A stretch of 64,000 nt of DNA from Actinomycetota bacterium (GTDB lineage: Bacteria; Actinomycetota; Aquicultoria; Subteraquimicrobiales; UBA9087), in the NCBI GenBank assembly GCA_030019215.1, contig JASEEZ010000001.1:16588-80587 (forward strand), read 5' to 3'. Numbering within the stretch: position 1 is the stretch's first letter; each line of letters starts with the position of its first letter. The notes under the pieces are model-generated. The model made no database searches. It was not told the origin of the DNA and was given only the letters and a program-made list of their open reading frames with translations. This document shows, piece by piece, positions 60,862 through 64,000 of the stretch. Both the position numbers and the translations under genes were made by a program.

Positions 60862-60979
60862 AAATTTGTGTACAATATTACCATATAGCTTCGGGTGATT
60901 TGAATATTTTTCTCAAACCATTTTGCAGGTAATTAAAAATATGGTAATCTTCTTTTCAGCCCACAAAGGAGGAACCGAG

Positions 60980-61852
60980 ATGCTGAAGATAGCCTTACCC
61001 AAGGGAAGTCTAGAAGAACAAACCCTGCTACTCTTCAAGGAAGCGGATCTTGAGATAAAACGGGAGTTCCGAGCCTACAATCCAATCATTCGCGATCCCA
61101 GAATCTCTCAAGTTAAGCTCCTGAGGCCCCAGGAGATCCCAGGATACGTGGCGGAGAGCTACTTCGACCTTGGTATCTCCGGCCTGGACTGCATCCTTGA
61201 ATCTGGAGCCGATGTGGTAGAAGTAGCCGAACTGCCTTACAGTAAATTGACCGCCGAACCGGTGAAGATAGTTCTGGCAGTCTTCGAGGATTCGGAGGTA
61301 GGGGAACCAAAACAGATCCTCCCGGGGAGCAGGGTATCAACAGAATTTCCAAACGTCACCAAGGAGTACTTCGAGAAATTAGGTATCCCCGTCAAGATCT
61401 CCTACTCCCATGGAGCAACTGAGGCCAAGGTCCCCGAATTGACCGATGTGGTGGTGGATCTAACAGAGACCGGCGAGACCTTGAGGAAAAACCGTCTTAA
61501 AGTCATCGGGACCATAATGGAGTCCACCACAAAGCTCTTTGCCAATAAGGATTCCTGGAAAAACCCGGAGAAGAGAAAGGCAATCGAGGAGATAAAAACG
61601 CTTCTAGTTGGGGTGATTGAGGCACGAGGAAGGGTTCTCTTGAGTATGAACGTGCCAGAGGAAAAGTTAGACGATGTGATGGAAGCACTGCCCGCCATGA
61701 AGAAGCCCACCATCGCCAAGCTCTACCACGCCAACTACTACGAAGTAACCACGGTGGTCAACAAAGATGAGGTCAACATCCTGATCCCCGAGCTAAAGAG
61801 AAAGGGAGCCGAGGATATCCTGGAGATAAACATCTCCAAGATCGTCAAGTAG
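60980..61852 (+). CDS. hisG: ATP phosphoribosyltransferase HisG (long form). Start MLKIALPKG with RBS AAGGAGG.
   Basis: HisG catalytic and C-terminal regulatory domain. No other his genes are adjacent. Confidence 0.85.
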   Translation: MLKIALPKGSLEEQTLLLFKEADLEIKREFRAYNPIIRDPRISQVKLLRPQEIPGYVAESYFDLGISGLDCILESGADVVEVAELPYSKLTAEPVKIVLAVFEDSEVGEPKQILPGSRVSTEFPNVTKEYFEKLGIPVKISYSHGATEAKVPELTDVVVDLTETGETLRKNRLKVIGTIMESTTKLFANKDSWKNPEKRKAIEEIKTLLVGVIEARGRVLLSMNVPEEKLDDVMEALPAMKKPTIAKLYHANYYEVTTVVNKDEVNILIPELKRKGAEDILEINISKIVK

Positions 61853-62012
61853 CCCCTGCTGTCAGCCGCCAGCTTCCAGCTACCAGCTTGACAGCTCGGC
61901 CTCACGGCCTTGATAGCTGATGGCTCGCTCCCCCGCCGATGGCGGGGTCGCTCGATAGCATAAACCATCTGCCATCAATCATCCGCCATCAGCCATCCGT
62001 CATCGAGCGAAG

Positions 62013-62777
62013 TTAAATGTTTTTATCGTAGACTTTCTTCAAGCCGGTGAGGGTGAGAAGAGGATCAACCTTGTGAATGGTTTTGCACTCCGGCGCGATT
62101 AGTTCGGCCAACCCACCCGTGGCCACGACAAAGCACTCCCCGCCCATCTCCGTCTGAATCATTCCGACCAGAGAATCCACCTGTCCAGCGGTGCCCAGGA
62201 TGACACCCGCCTGGATGCTCGCCCCGGTATTCTTACCGATGACCGAGGGGGGCTTCACCAAATCGACGCGGGAGAGCTTGGCAGCGGTCTCGAAAAGGGC
62301 TTCGGCCGAGATTTCAACCCCGGGGGTGATCACTCCACCCAAATACTCCCCCTTCTCGGAGATGGCATCGAAGGTGGTGGCCGTGCCAAAGTCGACCACT
62401 ATGACCGGTCCGCCGTAAAGCTCATAGGCGGCCACGGCGTTGACGATTCTATCGGCACCGACTTCGTGGGGATTGTCGTAGAGGATGGGCATTCCCGTCT
62501 TCACACCGGGGCCGACGATCATTGGCTCGATCTTTAGATTCCTCCTGGCCATCTCCTCCAGAGAAGCGGTACAGTGTGGAACAACCGAAGAGATGATGAC
62601 CGCGGTCATAGAAGGAAGATTCAGCCCCTCCAGAGCGAGCAAATCGGCCAGAGTAACGGTGACCTCGTCGGCGGTCTCCTCTTTATTCGTGGAGATGCGC
62701 CAGTGGCAGTAAAGATTCTCCCCTTCGAACAAACCGATGCAGGTCTGGGTATTTCCGACATCTATTGCCAGCAGCAT
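62013..62777 (-). CDS. coaX: Type III pantothenate kinase.
   Basis: MLLAIDVGNTQT N-terminus and BVU_0... CoaX fold motifs (DRIVNAVAA, GGxxITPG). Confidence 0.9.
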   Translation of the reverse strand: MLLAIDVGNTQTCIGLFEGENLYCHWRISTNKEETADEVTVTLADLLALEGLNLPSMTAVIISSVVPHCTASLEEMARRNLKIEPMIVGPGVKTGMPILYDNPHEVGADRIVNAVAAYELYGGPVIVVDFGTATTFDAISEKGEYLGGVITPGVEISAEALFETAAKLSRVDLVKPPSVIGKNTGASIQAGVILGTAGQVDSLVGMIQTEMGGECFVVATGGLAELIAPECKTIHKVDPLLTLTGLKKVYDKNI

Positions 62778-62864
62778 CTCTTCTCCACCGACGAAATCTT
62801 CCTCAGTTACCTGGGATTATAACAGATAATCGGAATTTTTCCACCGAGTCTCACTGGAAATTCT

Positions 62865-63458
62865 CTAGAGATACCTCGCCAGAACTCCCATTCTTTTGAG
62901 CTTTCCGACTAAAAAAGCCCCAACTAAAGCTTTGATCAGATCAACCCCGATGAAAGGAACAACACCGAGCAGAAAGGCCTTTCCGAGGCTCAACTTCATA
63001 AAGAGCGAAAGCTGGATCATTCCCAGAAGATAGATGACGACGACGCCAGCGAGCATGGAGGCAAAAATTGAGCCAAAACCCGGATTCGTCCTCCCCTCAA
63101 GCAACTTACCGATCAAAAAGGCCGCGACTATGAAACCGAAAAGGTATCCTCCCGTTGGACCCACCAGGACCCCGTAACCGGCGGTTCCCCCTGCAAAGAC
63201 CGGTAGGCCAACGCAGCCCAGAAGAACGTAGACCACCTGGCTCAAGGCACCCAGGTTCGCTCCCAGAACAGCCCCGGCCAAGAGGGTGAACAATACCTGA
63301 AGAGTTACAGGTACGGGGCTAAAAGGCAAAGGTATCCTCACCCAGGCCCCAGCGGCGGTCAAGGCAGCAAAGAGTGCAACCAAGATTAATTGCCGAATCT
63401 TCACCCTCAAGCCCCCCTCAAACATAATGTTAACCCAATTCAGCATATTGGTTGACAT
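62865..63458 (-). CDS. bioY: Biotin transporter BioY (ECF S-component).
   Basis: 5-6 TM helices with BioY-like conserved glycines. Confidence 0.75.
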   Translation of the reverse strand: MSTNMLNWVNIMFEGGLRVKIRQLILVALFAALTAAGAWVRIPLPFSPVPVTLQVLFTLLAGAVLGANLGALSQVVYVLLGCVGLPVFAGGTAGYGVLVGPTGGYLFGFIVAAFLIGKLLEGRTNPGFGSIFASMLAGVVVIYLLGMIQLSLFMKLSLGKAFLLGVVPFIGVDLIKALVGAFLVGKLKRMGVLARYL

Positions 63459-63589
63459 TCTACTTCATCGTGATTCCCGCGTCAAGGAGATGTTTCATCT
63501 GTTTACGAGAAAGATTAAAATATATAATGTGGTTTTTCTCCATTTTCAGTGGATAAATTATTAACTCGTTCTTTGCCAAAAGACTTGCT

Positions 63590-63713
63590 CATAAAGGGAT
63601 TCGAGGGGCCGAGGATTCAAGGATTCGAGTGTCTGTTTTCTAAAGACTTCAAACATCCCATTCCCCTTGACCCCTTGACTCCTGGAATCCCTGAATCCTA
63701 AAGTTCTCTTTGC
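63590..63713. repeat. Mosaic intergenic repeat, copy B (GGATTCAAGGATTCGAG-TGTCTGTTTTCTAAAGAC...CCCCTTGACCCCTTGACTCC-TGGAATCCCTGAATCCTAAAG). Its arms are inverted (AGGATTCAAGGATTCGAG / CTGGAATCCCTGAATCCT).
   Basis: About 80% identity to 40690-40815. It lies in the divergent bioY / ABC-ATPase promoter region. Confidence 0.6.
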
Positions 63714-63798
63714 GCTTCACCTCGCATTAGTGGTTTCTACCCACTATTTTGGAGAATAACCTATAATGTTTATTATTAGCCGCTTGCTTGGGGGCAAT

Positions 63799-64000
63799 AT
63801 GGCCAAGATCTTAAGCGCAAAGCTCGCCCGAATCGACAGAAGGGGCTACAAGGCCTACAAGACCATTTCGGGCATCTATGATTTTCCCAAATTCAAACTG
63901 TTCATCGACCATGTCCAGGGGGACCCCTTCGCCGCTCCTTCCAAGATAAGGGCGAGAGTGGATCAAGACCTGGCCAAGTTTCCCTTGGAGCATTACCGCT
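63799..64000 (+). CDS. Predicted ABC-class ATPase (COG3044-like), N-terminal part. The gene runs off the window.
   Basis: MAKILSAKLARIDRRGYKAYKTISGIYDFPKFKLFIDHVQGDPFAAPSKIRARVD. Confidence 0.45.
   Translation, partial: MAKILSAKLARIDRRGYKAYKTISGIYDFPKFKLFIDHVQGDPFAAPSKIRARVDQDLAKFPLEHYR

Overview
This 64-kb window reads as a Firmicutes/Clostridia-like chromosome at roughly 55-57% GC. Almost all genes sit on the minus strand. Gene order in the second half matches the Bacillus/Clostridium pattern: sigH, rlmB/yacO, cysS, cysE, ispF, ispD, yacL (PIN-TRAM), carD, disA, radA, clpC, mcsB, mcsA, lysRS and greA. The first half carries guaA, a guaB-like gene, groES-groEL with a perfect CIRCE operator, lnt, the t6A operon (tsaE, tsaB-rimI, tsaD), pcrA, glmS-glmM and rplM-rpsI.

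Non-housekeeping content:
- An RHS/YD-repeat polymorphic-toxin locus at about 23.2-28.5 kb. Its N-terminal secretion part is separated from the RHS body by a single in-frame TAG. It also has a displaced orphan RHS C-terminal cassette and several small membrane/immunity-like ORFs.
- A T-box riboswitch (T-box motif UGGGUGGUACCGCG, F-box, AGAGA, terminator). It lies in tandem with a second unclassified GC-rich structured leader ahead of a COG1900-type homocysteine-biosynthesis gene.
- Two copies of a TIR-bounded MITE-like element (TRCCGTTACAACT ... AGTTGTAACGGYA).
- A family of mosaic, wordy intergenic repeats.
- A DnaA-box cluster between tsaD and lnt.
- A roughly 450-bp GC-rich structured non-coding region between cca and tsaE.
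- Several archaeal-type genes: class I LysRS, a THEP1-like NTPase and COG1900.

No CRISPR array, rRNA or prophage was seen. One tRNA-Thr(UGU) is present. All calls rest on reading the supplied sequence and ORF track; no database search was possible.
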